Shown piece after piece: positions 23,151 to 35,733 of a DNA stretch of 64,000 bases. Position 1 is the first letter of the stretch. Each line of letters begins with the position of its first letter. The notes beneath the pieces are model-generated. The model worked only from the letters and a program-made list of their open reading frames with translations. It was not told the DNA's origin and did no database searches. The position numbers and the translations under genes are program-made. The stretch covers positions 682,001 to 746,000 of the forward strand of contig OZ251222.1 in NCBI GenBank assembly GCA_965240325.2, written 5' to 3'. This DNA is from Rebecca billardiae RCC1528. Lineage: Eukaryota > Protista > Haptophyta.

Positions 23151-23991
23151 CGGTGGTCGCGGCGTTTGATGCCGTCGCAGACGGCGTGCGAAGCGCGGCG
23201 TCGGTACCCGCCCACCCTGCACGATGTTGCCGCGCTGCAACCTCAGCTTGATCGCTGACTCCACGCCAACGGAGCTCGCTGAAGAGCGCCCACCCGCACA
23301 CTGGCAGTCTTCGAGCGAGCGCGGGCGCGCGTAGCTCGATCTTCAAAGATCGGATCAAAGATACCAGCACCCGCCTATGGGGTTTGAAATAGATCTTACC
23401 TGCGCAATACAAGAATGTATTACCACCCGCATATTGACGTCGTACCCCGAGTAGATGACCAAGAGTATATCAGCAAGTCAGTAGCTCGATAGCCGTATGA
23501 TATGAGAGCGCGCGGGAACGTCGGTTCGGACTACCCGCGCAATAACATCTCGCGTCGCTTGATGAATATGAGGAGTGAACGACTATCAAAAGAATGTTCG
23601 ATATCTCAGACCTTGTTTGCAATCTGTTCAACAGGCGAATCTTGACTATCAGAAAGGTAGCTAGAGATGTCTTTGTCCTATTTGATTTCGATTTCTTCTA
23701 TTACTTACTATCGTAAAATTAAGGGGCAGTACAAACGCAATCATTGGCAGCGAAATCCACTCATATGCGCTTGTCACACCTAAGTCGACCTACAAAAAAC
23801 CCCAAAAACCTGCGTGCGCATCCTCTTTTTGATTTTGCGGAGCACGTGCGCCGCCCCCCCCGGCTTTCGCTCACCGCTCAGACCTTTCGGGGGGGCCGTG
23901 CGCCATGATGCCCGCGTCGATGCTGCGGCCGGCGGCGCCATCTATAACCGGTGGGCACCATCTTGAAAGGGCCAAGTCCAACGACAGTGAC

Positions 23992-26196
23992 TCACTCTGT
24001 ACCGTTGCTGAGACTGCTGTTGCCAGCCGCAGCGGACGATGATGCGATGGTCCGCCCAGCAGCCACACCATCGAGCCCAGGGACGAGAGCGAAGCCTGGC
24101 ATTGCCTGCTTCGTCAATGCGGCCACCGGCTCGTCGGCGTCCGCCTCAGTAGCTTGGGAGTGCCCCCCTGAGGTGGGAGCTCGCGCGCCCGTCGAGTTGA
24201 CCATGCGCCGTGCCTCCGGCGACGCTCCCTGGTGCGCAAGCGGCGTTGATGAGCTCCGCTGCGCGTCGGAAGGCAGAGCGTCGCTGTGGTTCGTCGCCAC
24301 GCCGGGCATGTCGCCCAGGCTGCTGTTCGCCGCCGCGCTCGTCGTGTTGGCTGGCCCGAGCGGCGTCGTCCGATTCTCCGACGGCGCAGGCGCCGACGCC
24401 TTGCCAAGCACGCGCGCGACCGCCTCCTTGCAGGCCGTGCGCAGCTCGGCATGCGCTTTGGCTCCGCCCTGCTTCCTGCGCGATTCGTCCCCCGTCGCCT
24501 TCAGCCCCTCTGCGAACTCCAGCTGCGCGCACGCCTTGGGGACCGTGGCGTTGTGCCGCGCGTACCACTCCCGCCGCCGGCTGTTGCACGAGCCCGTGCG
24601 CCACTGCGGGCACAAGCGCATCATGTCCCGCCGCATGCTAGGCGGGCAGTTGGACACGCACCAGCGCACGGGCAGCGCGCACGTAAAGTTGCGGACAAAG
24701 CCGACGTTGGGGATCGAGAGCAGCTCGCGCAGCACGGCGGAGGAGAAGGCGTGGATGGGCCCGAGCTGCTGCATCCGGCTCGCCAGACACGCGCCGTCCC
24801 ACCCGGCCTGCGCGCCGACGAAGATCGGAAACCTGCCCAGGAACTTGGAAAGCCCCTTTGGCATCTTCTGCCTCGCCGGCTTGGCCTGCACGCCGCCCGC
24901 CAGGGCGGTGAGGCGGGGACCGCCCGGCGGCGGGGGCTGCCATCGGCGCTCCTCGCGCCTGCGCTTCGGCGGCGAGAAGACGGGCACGCCCGGCTCTGAG
25001 CGCCGCGCCCCAACGCCCGCGCCACCCAGCGGCGCCCCCGTCCCTGTGCGCGGGAGGCCACCCTCTGGCTCGCGCTGTGCCAATCCGGCACGGCTCTCCG
25101 CCTGGCGCTGCTCGGGCCTGTCGGGCGGTGGCTGCCCCTCGCCCGTGCGCGTCGGCTGAGCGGCTGGGAGTCCCGGGGGTAGCAGCTGGATGCCAGCCGC
25201 AGAAGCCAGCCGGCCTCCCCCGTCGCCGAGGACCGCCATCTCTGGGGCTGCCAGACGCGCCTGGAGTCGGCGCTCCGCCGAGCGCACGCGCGCGCCTCCG
25301 CTCGCGCGTGCCGCGTGCGGCGCGAGTGCGACGCCGACCTCTGGGCCCAGCCGGCGCGCGTGCGTCGCACACTCGCCGCCCGTGCTGACGTCATCCCACG
25401 CCGAGGGCAGGGTGTACCGCGTGTAGTCCAAGTAGCGCGACAGGTGAGAGTCGATCCAGCCGGAGACGAGCGAGTTGGCCGGGCACGGCGAGTGCGTGAA
25501 GACCTCGACGAAACCCGCGTTGGCGGCGGGGATGGCGGCGCTCACGATGTCGTGGACGATGGCGGGCCGCCACACCCACCAGTCGCCGTGCACGTTGTAC
25601 TTCCCCCGGTGGCTCGCGTCCACCGCGCGCAGCGTGCGCAGCAGCCGGTTCGCGCAATTGTCCACCTTCCGCTCCACCCAGATCGATGGGCGCGCGAGCA
25701 CGTCGGCGAAGATGCGGCGGAAGGAGAAGCAGCTGAGCGCCATGGACTCCGCGTCCATCACCCACACTGCCTCGCACTGCCCGCGCAGGTGCGCGACGCC
25801 CAGCAACTTCTTCAGTGCTTGGTACACGCGCACCCAGTCGAAGCAATTTGTCGGCGTCCGTGTGCGGTTGGTGCCGAGAGGCGCGACCGCGGAGAAGTTG
25901 TCGCCACGAGCGGCGATGATGTCCTCGAACAAGAGTGGCGAGTAGAGCTCACCGAGCTCAGGGAACATGTTCTCGACGTACTGCGTGAACGATGACGCGT
26001 CGCGCGCGTGGTCAAAGAGCACGTGCACCGGCGCGTCGTCAGTGGCAAACTCGCGCACCGAAGCGAGCAGCCGCCTGAGGAAGCGGAAGTGCGGCGGGTA
26101 GACGGGGATGAGCACGCAGCCCGGTGCAGCCGACGGCTGCGCCGCGGGCAGCGCGAGCCCGGCCAGCAATATGAGCATCCGCGTCGACCAACTCAT
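23992..26196 (-). CDS. Secreted/Golgi putative GT-A-fold glycosyltransferase-like protein (DUF6492-like)
   Basis: Signal peptide, 'VLIPVYPPHFRFLRRLLASVREF', 'YQALKKL' and DxD-like 'VWVMDAES'. The low-complexity middle could hide an intron. Confidence 0.6.
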   Translation of the reverse strand: MSWSTRMLILLAGLALPAAQPSAAPGCVLIPVYPPHFRFLRRLLASVREFATDDAPVHVLFDHARDASSFTQYVENMFPELGELYSPLLFEDIIAARGDNFSAVAPLGTNRTRTPTNCFDWVRVYQALKKLLGVAHLRGQCEAVWVMDAESMALSCFSFRRIFADVLARPSIWVERKVDNCANRLLRTLRAVDASHRGKYNVHGDWWVWRPAIVHDIVSAAIPAANAGFVEVFTHSPCPANSLVSGWIDSHLSRYLDYTRYTLPSAWDDVSTGGECATHARRLGPEVGVALAPHAARASGGARVRSAERRLQARLAAPEMAVLGDGGGRLASAAGIQLLPPGLPAAQPTRTGEGQPPPDRPEQRQAESRAGLAQREPEGGLPRTGTGAPLGGAGVGARRSEPGVPVFSPPKRRREERRWQPPPPGGPRLTALAGGVQAKPARQKMPKGLSKFLGRFPIFVGAQAGWDGACLASRMQQLGPIHAFSSAVLRELLSIPNVGFVRNFTCALPVRWCVSNCPPSMRRDMMRLCPQWRTGSCNSRRREWYARHNATVPKACAQLEFAEGLKATGDESRRKQGGAKAHAELRTACKEAVARVLGKASAPAPSENRTTPLGPANTTSAAANSSLGDMPGVATNHSDALPSDAQRSSSTPLAHQGASPEARRMVNSTGARAPTSGGHSQATEADADEPVAALTKQAMPGFALVPGLDGVAAGRTIASSSAAAGNSSLSNGTE

Positions 26197-26368
26197 GCCG
26201 ACATGAACGGAAGTGCGGATCGCGAGCGCGGCACGATGGCGGCCTGCCTGAGCAGTCTGAAAACCAGTTCCGGCAGCGGCGCTGTGTGCAAGAGCTGCTG
26301 AGCAAGCGGACCGAGCGGAAGGCGCGGGTCACGAGGGCAGCGGCACGCCGGCCGCTTCGCGGACGGCC

Positions 26369-28206
26369 ATGGTTTCGATGGGCGGCTTCTTGCTCCTGGC
26401 CGTGGGGCACATCACCGCACGCATGCCGCCGAGCACGCTGTGTGCGAGGGCACGCGGTCCGGTGCCCCGCTCGGCGGCGCAGCTGTGCGACGTCGCCAAG
26501 GTGTCGCCACCCGGGAGCTTTGACGAGGCTGCGTCGCTCCCTGCCGAGGGCTTCTCCGCGCAGGACCTCGCTGACGACGAGGATGACGACTTGGACTTTG
26601 GCGAGTACGTGATCGAGGACTTAGAGGACGACCCCGACGCCGGCAAGTCGGACGAGCTCGATTCGTCCCAGCCGACCGGCGCGCGGGACGAGATCTGGGA
26701 CACGAGCCAGCTGCCGCTCGTCGCGATCGTCGGCCGGCCAAACGTGGGCAAGTCGATGATCGTGAATCGGCTGAGCCGGCAGTACCAGGGCGGATCGATC
26801 GTGTACGACTCTCCGGGTATCACACGCGACCGCACCTATCGGCCGGCGTACTGGGGTGACAGCGAATTCCGGGTGCGCGCACGATGCGAACGGTGTCACG
26901 CGCGTCGCGCGCGCACGCGCTGTGGTCAGGGTGCGCCCGGCGGGCGCCCGTGCGCTGACGTCGGTTGGTGCGCCCGCCGCGCCTCGCGCGGTGCGTGCAG
27001 GTGGTGGACACGGGGGGCATCGTCTTCCACGAGAACCCGGACGAGGTCTTCATCGAGCAGATCCGGCAGCAGGCCCTGGTCGCGCTCGGCGAGGCGCAGG
27101 CGGCGGTCATGGTCGTGGACGGGCAGGCGGGCCCGACGACGCTCGACCACGAGATCGCCGCGTTCCTGCGCAAGCAGAAGAAGCCCGTGCTGCTCGCGGT
27201 GAACAAGTGCGAGTCGCACGTGCAGGGCGACCTCCTCGCCGCCAACTTCTGGGAGCTCGGCCTCGGCACGCCGTACCCCGTCTCGGGCATCCACGGCACC
27301 GGGCTGGCCGAGCTGCTGGACGAGCTTCTGCCTCACCTCAAGACGCTCTCGCGCGACGAGTACGTGCGCGTCAAGTGCCGCGTCGCGATCGTCGGGCGGC
27401 CGAACGTGGGCAAGTCGTCGCTGCTGAACCAGCTGACGGGCGAGGAGCGCGCGATCGTGAGCGACGTCGCGGGCACGACGCGCGACACGATCGACTCGAC
27501 CGTCGAGTGGGAGGGCGCGCGCTACGTGCTCGTCGACACGGCGGGCGTGCGACGAAAGGCGCGCATCTCGGCCGCCGAGGAGCGGCTGATGGTCAACCGC
27601 GCGATCAAGGCGATCCGGCGGTGCCAGCTGGTGCTGCTGATGGTGGATGCGGTCGAGGGCGTGACCGAGCAGGACGTCCAGCTCGGCGAGCTCGTGCGCG
27701 ATGCGGGCGCCGCGTGCGTCATCGTGGTGAACAAGTGGGACCTCATCGACGGCGAGCGCTCGGACAAGATGTACCGCCAGTCCAAGGAGTACATCAAGGC
27801 GAACCTGCCGCCGGTCGCGTGGGCGTCGACGCTCTTCGTCTCGGCGAAGACGGGCTTCAACGCGCGCCGCGTGTACAAGGCGATCGACGACGCGCAGGAG
27901 CAGCACGAGCGGCGCGTCTCCACCGCCCTGCTGAACGAGGTGCTGCAGGAGGCCGTGCAGTGGCAGAAGCCGCCCTCGCGCGACACGGGCAAGCAGGGCA
28001 AGATCTACTACTGCACGCAGGTCGGCCGCCGGCCGCCGGCGATCGCCATCTTCGTCAACGACCCTAGCATGTTCCCCGACGGCTACAAGCGATACCTCGA
28101 GGGGCGGTTCAGGGACGCGCTTGGCTTCGCCGGCACGCCGCTCCGCCTCATTTTCCGCGGGAAGCGAGTGCGCGAGGCCGGGTCCAACCTGCCCTACGCG
28201 GACTGA
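26369..28206 (+). CDS. der: Ribosome biogenesis double GTPase Der/EngA, plastid-targeted; exons 26369-26872 and 27001-28206
   Basis: Two G domains ([34 protein letters not shown]) and a KH-like C-terminus ('KIYYCTQ..PP..F', 'GTPLRL'). Phase-0 intron GTGCGC...CAG. Leader is signal-peptide plus transit-like. Confidence 0.96.
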
Positions 28207-29363
28207 TCGACCGGAGCACCGACTGACGGACGATGACGTGCAAGAAATCAGACATTGACTTTCGGTAACCTCCGCTTATCGGATCTGCGGCGGCGGATTA
28301 TCGTAAATTAGAATAAGCCGCCGGTCTGCCCGCGGCCGCGGTCCGAGCCGAGTGTCCCGGCGGTCCGCCGGGCTCCGCGGCGCGGGGCCCCGGTCACCGG
28401 TGGCCGGTCAATTAAGCAGCACCGTCGCCGCTTCTGACTAATATAATAAGTCATAACCGTACACCGTGACCGTCTGGACAGACGGCGCGGGGCCGCGGTC
28501 AGCACGACGACCGTGACACTGACACTGCGGCGGCGCAACGGCAAGGCAACCTACAGTGCTGAAGTTGCCTTGTGGAGCGGGCAATGCAGTGTGGCCGCAC
28601 CATGTAGAGGCAGGGTCCTTCGTCATCACCTCAGATGAGGGCCCGAGCGTGGCGTGCAGCCAAAATCCGTGCTGCCTTGCTGAGCCTCCACAGCAGTTGT
28701 GCCTGCTGCTGGTGATCATTACGTGAGAAGCCGCCATCTGCGAGGCCATGTGCACGAGCCGCGCCTAGACAGCTCAGACACTCGGAAGGCGGAGGTAGCA
28801 TCCCGCACATGCGGCGTGGCTCAAATCCCCTGTGCATACCAACGCTTGGACAGCTTTGCGTGAAGGCGGCGCTCTTTGAGCGTGAGCTGCTGGACAATCT
28901 CCATGAGCTCATCCTCAGGACGCAGCCACGACTCTGATCGGGGCTCGCGTACGCGACGTGGCGTGCGCGACGAGGGCGATTTCGCAGCGGACGATCTGGA
29001 ACGCCGAGTGGCACTGCTGATTGCGAACCCATCCGTACTCGAGGCCTCCATGATCGCGCTGATTTCGCGGTTGGCATCGACGGCGGCGGCCATGAGCGCG
29101 GCGTGGCAGCACTGCACGAAATCCTCGCGCGATTGATGATGACGGTTGGCTTTCAAATTCCGGCATCAGGTACTGAATTTGCCTCCGCCCCGGCCGGCTC
29201 CGCCGGCTCCGCCCTCTCGCTCTCCCGGCTGGGCGAGGACGACGGGCGCTGGCGCGCCGCGAGGCGGCCGCAGCCCTCATCCAGGCCTCGCAGGCGGACG
29301 GCTGAACGACTCTTCCGGCGGCGCTACCATCGGCGACGGCTTCATGGGCGGTGACAGTTGGCG

Positions 29364-29418
29364 GGCGTCAATCTCGCCTGCCTGAGCTGTGTGCGTCTCT
29401 TATTCTTAGTTAACTGTA
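29364..29418 (-). repeat. About 55-bp dispersed repeat, inverted partner of 32286-32341
   Basis: GGGCGTCAATCTCGCCTGCCTGAGCTGTGTGCGTCTCTTATTCTTAGT(T)AACTGTA is the reverse complement of 32286-32341 with one mismatch. Confidence 0.9.
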
Positions 29419-32285
29419 TATGGGCCTATGGCGCGCGAGCGGGTTCTGGAGATAGCTGAAAATATGCGGTCCGTGCACCCACGAAGGTATCCCCGGCGGC
29501 ATGTTGCCACTCGACGCCGCTCGTCTCACTTCGCACGGAGTCAACTTGTGGCGTGGGGCAGCCCGACCCGAACCACAGGCTGTGCAGCGCGCAGCGCGTC
29601 GCGAGTCGGGATTAGTGCATTGGAATTACAGGAATACACGGCGGTGCATGGCGTGCCATGGAACAGAAATGAATGTATATATACTCAGCGGATTGCGCTT
29701 GCGACGCCTTCACGATGCACTGTTGACCCGCCACGCGCCTCGCTACACAGCCCAGTGGGCTTCGGGTAGCTCCCACACACTCCGCTCAAGTTGGGCTCCG
29801 CGCACTGAAGAGAGGCACTAGCTCGGTCGAGTGGCAAAATGTGGCTGGAGATGCCCTCGTTGATGGTGCACAGACCGCCTAGTTCCAGCGTCATATCCAG
29901 TAGTTACAACCTGCTCTCTCCGTCTCGCCAGAGCCCGCGAGAGGGGCGCGGAGGCAAATTCCCCCGGGTCCAACTGTCCGACTGACCCGTCCTGTTGGCG
30001 AGTGACACACACGTTATTACTTATTATGCAGGGCCATTAGAAGACGGCAAACGACGGGCTTGGCACGGTGGCTTCGGGCTTTTGTTCGGCCGAGTCGAGC
30101 CGAGGTGTCCGAGGGACTCGATGCACAGTTGCTCCGGACTCAAATCACAATGTGACCCTGGCAGATGCTCATCAGAGCCTCAGTCAGGCAGCAGAGCGGT
30201 CACGTTCCATGCATGCGGACGAGTGTGCTCGAGCGCATCCTCTGGATGGTGGCTTGGGCATCCTGAATGAAATCTCTACCTCGGTAGCTCCAGGCTGAGT
30301 CATCCCGTCAGCCATACCGTGTGCGTGGGTGTCCGCCTGAGGTGCTTCTTTCTGCGCCGCGTCCGGGGGCCGCGCCCCCGTAGGCCCGGACACGCCTTGC
30401 AACGGCGACCCGCCTGCTCAGGCCTGAATGCCTGATGCTGCGTTGGGGCCTCTTTTGCTCGATTTCGGCAGGCGCAAATTGGCTCTGCTCGATGACGAAG
30501 CAGCTGACCCAGTGGTGAGTGGCACACAGCACAGGCTGAGGCTCTGGCTCGGAGCAGGGGCACGCTCGCTCGCGCCAGCGCGCAGCGCGGACGGCGCCGC
30601 GCGCGTGCGCGCAGGCAGGCCGCGACTCCGTACTGTAACTCTACCAGTAGTAACTGCACGTCTTCTACTGTACTGTGTCTGTACATAATAAGTAGTATCT
30701 GTAAGGTTATTACTAAGAAGCTCGCCGTCACTAGGCTCCTCATCTTCTTCATCCTTCTTCGCCCACCCCTGGGGCTTGTCAGACAAACCCACGCCGGGCG
30801 GCCCAGCGCGGGCACGGCGCGATGGCGGCCTCACGCGGCGCGCTCGGACGCGCACCCACGGCCGCTGCGGGTGCGCGCGCGATATCGGCGCGGCTCAGGA
30901 CACCTGCGGGGCTCAATCGCGCGCGCTCCCGCCCGACCTCGCCGCCCTCGCCGCGCGCAGGGCCCTGTTACTAGTTCGACGGGACACGCGCGCGCGCGTG
31001 TGCCAGAGACCCAATTAAGACGAGCCACGGCCTCTGCCCGATTGGCCTAGGTGTTGGCGCGTCTGCGAGCCCCCGCGCGCGACGATCGTCGCGCATTCTC
31101 AGCGGATATGAGCGCTTTTGTTGCTTGGTGAGCATATTGTTCAAACAGCTCAAATGCACATGTTACCGCATGGGGCGTTCTCGGGCACCTGCTGCGTAGA
31201 CAGTGCGCTCGACATGTGAGCGCTGGTCGGCAGCAAAACACCGCATGGCCCCGGATCAACGATCAAGTCAGCAGTGTGTGAGGAGGAGGCGCGGTGTGCG
31301 TCGCCGTCTGCAGCTGGCGAGAGGCGTCCGGACCGTGCCGTTCTCGGCCACGCCCGCGCGCTTCCCGCCGCAGCAGGCCCCGTGTACGCCCGTCGTCGCC
31401 CTCGCCGCGTGGGCGCCAAACCGGGCTCAAGTTCCAACGAGCAGCTCCATACCCCGGACCCCCCCCCCCCCCAATGGCCATAAGCGGCTATTGTAATTGA
31501 TGCTGCAAAGAAACCTAGAGCCCCGGCGGTGTGACGCGATCGAATATTAGCTCCCAGCGGCATGGTGGCCGTGCGGCCAATAAGTCATTCTGGGTCTCCT
31601 CGACCACGCTCAGAAGCCCAGACAACCCGCTTGGCCTGGTTCACACGCCAAGAGCTAATATTGCAGTCTGAAGTTGGGTGGGTCACTCGACGACGGCACG
31701 CGGACGGTCGTGATGCACGCGGGACAGCACATCAGGGGCATTCGGTGCACTAGCGAGGGTGGCATACGATGTCATCCCGACGTATGCATCCGTAGTATAC
31801 TTGCCCGGCCCCAGGCGCCCTGTCATCCGGCACAATGTCACGTGCGTGGGCTTCACGCGGTCGTGATCGCGGGGTTCAACATGCATGTTCCGAACGAGCG
31901 CACGCACGCGCGCCGGCGCGAGGCGAGCGAGAGGAATGCACCCCTCGCGTGCTCGCGCGGGCAAACGCACTTCACCATCCCACAGGCGCCAAGAACTTCT
32001 TCCGATGGCGATGCGCAAGCCGCTAGCCCCCGCAAGCGCGGGGCGAAACCACGCCGCAGGGCGATGTCGCCGCTTCCCGCGCTGGGCCGGGGCTCTAGGT
32101 TTTCTTGCAACGTCAATAGCAGCACTACATATCAAGGCAAAGCCAGGTACGCACGCCGGCGAAGTTGCACCAAGGGGGTGTTGCACAGCCGGTACGGCAA
32201 TCATTCAAGCAGTGTTCTTGATGCTGGCTGGTACTCTCCGCCATCGCACTCGCTTCATGCGGGCCCGCCGAGGACCGAGGTACGA

Positions 32286-32341
32286 TACAGTTTACTAAGA
32301 ATAAGAGACGCACACAGCTCAGGCAGGCGAGATTGACGCCC
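32286..32341 (+). repeat. About 55-bp dispersed repeat (probable transposon terminus); degenerate third copy at about 58479-58578
   Basis: TACAGTTTACTAAGAATAAGAGACGCACACAGCTCAGGCAGGCGAGATTGACGCCC. Confidence 0.88.
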
Positions 32342-32355
32342 AGAGTACCGGACTA

Positions 32356-34613
32356 CAGGTGCTATGGCCTATTTCTGGACGATGCCGTTTTCTGGACAAG
32401 CGCGTGGCCATGGTGAAGCGCACCGACGAGTCGCCCGCCAAGCGGCGCAAGACGCCAGCAGCGCGCATCGCCAACCCCCGGAACCAGGCGGAGTACGCCA
32501 TGAACAAGTCCAACCACGACGAGAAGCAGCGGCAGCTGCGCACGGCGCTGAAGTGGTGCCGCGATGAGGCAGACGCGGGGCGTGCGAAGGGCGCGGTCGA
32601 CCGCGCGATCAGCTCGGATCGGTGGCCCGCCTTCATCACGTCTACCTCAGCCCGCCGGACACGACGGGGCTGACGCAGCCGCTCGACCAGATCAACCAGG
32701 TGCTGCACTACTACTGCTCGGTGAGTACCAAGAAGTGGGCGCGCTACCAGCAGTCGAAGCTGCTCGCGCAGCGCATGCGCGAGGTGCGCACCGATCTCGG
32801 CGACGATGAGATCAACCTCGAGGATGCAGTCGACGGCGACGGCGATGACGACGATGATGAGGGCGGCAGCGACGACGACGGCGACGGGGGCGACGACTCC
32901 GCCGAGGAGGGGCGGCGACGCGGCGCGGGCGAGGGCGCGAAGAAGTCTCTCTCGAAGCGCGACTTCCACCTTCTCCTGGGCACTCGTGGGAGGGCTTCTG
33001 TAAGAAAGAGAGCGTCATCGGCGCCTTCAAGCGCTGCGGCATCACCGCGAGCGGCGTCGACATCGGCTTGATGCAGCAGGACAAGTTCGCGGTCGCCGAT
33101 CTGCTACTCCACCCCGAGCGCGTGTTCGAGGCTGCTCCCGCGGCCGCGGAGGGCGCCGGCCACCGCGGTGCGGTGCGCCGCGCGATCGACTACGGCGCCG
33201 GTGGCATCCCGGCCGAGTACACGCCCGTGTCCTCCACCCACCGTGCCGGCTCGACGCTCGACCTGCATCACCGTCTCTCCGAGCAGCAGACGGTGATCGA
33301 GAGCCTCCGTGCTCAGATCAAGTGGCACGAGACGACGGTCAAGATGCCCAACGCCGAGGAGGCGGAGGCGCTGCTGCCGTTCGACGTCGTGGGCAAGAAG
33401 GTCGAGGGCGGCCGGAAGCGCGCAAACAAGGAGAAGTTCGGTTCGGCCGAGCTGGTCTGCTTCCTCGAGGGCCAGGAGGCAGCCGATCAGGCGGCTGTGA
33501 CGGCGGCCGCCGATGCCGAGGCAAAGCGCGCTGCGAAGGCGGCACGGCGCGCCGAGACCGAGGCCGCGGCAGCTGCGAACGTCGACCAGCGCGATGCGCT
33601 CGAGCGCGCCTTCAAGGCCTGCGAGAGGGCGCGCGCCAACTCGGCTGAGCCATGCGCGTGCGGCGCAGATTCGGCCGCGACGTGCACGTGCCGGACGCAT
33701 CACTTCTGTCCGCATTGTAGGCGCGTGCAGAAGACGGCATGCAAGAAGCAGAAGTGCCAGCCGCATCTCGTGGGTGCGCCTTCGGAGGCTGTCATCGACA
33801 TCGACACGACGATCACGATGGATGACGCTTAGACCCTAGCAGTAGGTTTGTATCACGGGGGTAGCTGTCGTTAACGACTCGCCGCAGCGGAGTGATGACA
33901 AGCCTAGTCTTTGATAGATGATCGGCCGGGACGAGACTGCTCGGGTACTCGTCTGTCTCGTGTGTCACGGCCGGTGCTCCGCGACCGCGCCGAGCGGCAT
34001 GATCCGGACACAGGGGCGTCAGCATGCCGACGCCGACGGCGCGCCGCTTCAGGCCGCGCGCAGCAGCGCACGGTTACCCCGGAGTGGGTGGCGACGCTGT
34101 CGCAGGAGGGCGTGGGCTCACAGAACTGGTGATCTAGCACATGGTCGGCTGATGAGACTGATCGCGTGCAGAGCTGAGCTATCAGATAGCTGCATGACAA
34201 CGCGGGTGCTTTGTGAGAACGCGTAGCATGTGCCAGGCACCGAACGCAGGTGAATGGACTAGTGGAGCAGAGAACGCGTGGTATATGCCTGGACTAGGTC
34301 GTCAAGTAAGTCCAGCGAGCTACTGCGGCCCTTCCTGTCCGGTCTCAAGCATTCCTGGCCCACCCAACATGCGCGCACAGCTTCACGACCGCACGTCCAC
34401 GGTTTGTCCAGAAAACGGCATGTGCCCAGATCTGGGCTATGACGAAGTCGAGCACGTTGCTCACCAACGCGATGGCCGATGACGATGAGACTTCGTGTGC
34501 CTACCTTTAACTCCACGCTGGTTCGCGTGGTGGCATCGTGGGCGGGCTAGTCCGCCATGGCTGGACGTGAGAGCTACTTGGATTTTCCGTCCAGAAATAG
34601 GCCATAGCACCTG
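32356..34613 (+). mobile_element. pogo-like (Tc1/mariner superfamily) DNA transposon, internally deleted
   Basis: Perfect 26-bp TIRs CAGGTGCTATGGCCTATTTCTGGACG (32356-32381 and 34588-34613), TA TSD (32354-55 and 34614-15), and the empty site GAC-TA-GGCTGTTC in the three sister units. Confidence 0.93.
32411..33832 (+). pseudogene. Disrupted DDE_1 (pogo/CENP-B-like) transposase with C-terminal Cys/His cluster
   Basis: The N-terminus with an NLS ('PAKRRK') jumps out of frame at about 32625 to 'VYLSPPDTTGLTQPLDQ'. A second frameshift at about 32978 leads to 'W.GFCKKESVIGAFKRCGI' and then 'CACG..CTC..HHFCPHC...C....C'. Confidence 0.85.
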
Positions 34614-35733
34614 TAGGCTGTTCTGCCCCGCTCGTCCCGGGCGGGCGCGGCCGGCCCATCGGGCAAAGGTCTGAAAGTATCATGCGGGGCGCGGGCACCA
34701 CCGCAATTGCGGGCACCACCGCATTGACAAGGTGACACCTCGGAGCCCCGCTCGCCTAGCAGTCGTGCCGGGCCGCCGGCTGCGTTGACCGGCTGTGAGG
34801 CGGCTTGGAAGAGTGCTGCAAAGTGTTGTTCGGCCCCGCGCGACCGTGCGCTCGAGGTCGGCGCGTTGTCATAGATCATGCAGCTGGCAAGGCCAACGCC
34901 GGTCAAAGCACGCGGTTGGCAAGAGCCACCCGCGCGCCCTGCACGTGCTCGAGCTGCGGCGTCATCGTCATCTCATGCTGAGCTGCCATCGTCCCTGTCT
35001 TGCCGGCAGCCGAAGGGCGAGCTCGAGCGGCGGCGCGCGGCCGGATCCGAGGCGAACGTCAGCGGATGCGCAGCGAGACGGTTCGATGCCAGCACGTGCT
35101 CGAGCTGCGGCGTCGTCATCTCATGCAGCTGCCATCGTCCCTGTCAGTTGCCGACAGCCGAAGGGCGAGCACGACGGCGGCGCGCGGCCCGCATCCGAGG
35201 CGAACATCAGCGGATGTGCAGCGAGACGGTTCGATGCCAGCTGGACGCTCATGGAGCAGTGCATGTCCCTGCAGAGCTGGCCGTGCTCTGCGGCGGGCCG
35301 GCCGCCGCCGACCGCGCGGGACGACGACACGCCGCAGCGCTGGGACGAGTGCTGGCCGGACCATCCGAACGCCCGCGGCCGCGTCGCGCGAGCGAACGCT
35401 CGTCGACTTCGACGGCCTCCCCGTCCCCGCCGGCTCGACCGCCCCGACAACGCCGGCGTCGCGAGCGCACCGTCACGCAAAGGTTGAGCGCGCGGGGCGC
35501 AAGGCACGCCCGCCATCGCTTTTCGCTCGTCGCGCCCAGCCACAGTCCGGACACGGACAGTCCGGGGAGCGCGGCAGATGTCGATCTGGCAGATGTCGAT
35601 CTGGTGCTTAGTCCCGAAAAAGTCTGAAAGATGCAGATTGCGGCAGATTTTTGGCCGTCCCAGACTTCGAGTCACTGCAGACTAGGCTGTTCTGCCCCGC
35701 TCGTCCCGGGCGGGCGCGGCCGGCCCATCGGGC

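Noticed and set aside
26369-28206. Bacterial contamination or recent HGT suggested by der
   Set aside because: The gene has a spliceosomal intron and a targeting leader, as expected for a nucleus-encoded plastid protein.
31683-32204. 'YVGMT' suggesting a GIY-YIG nuclease
   Set aside because: There is no upstream GIY motif or other supporting residues.
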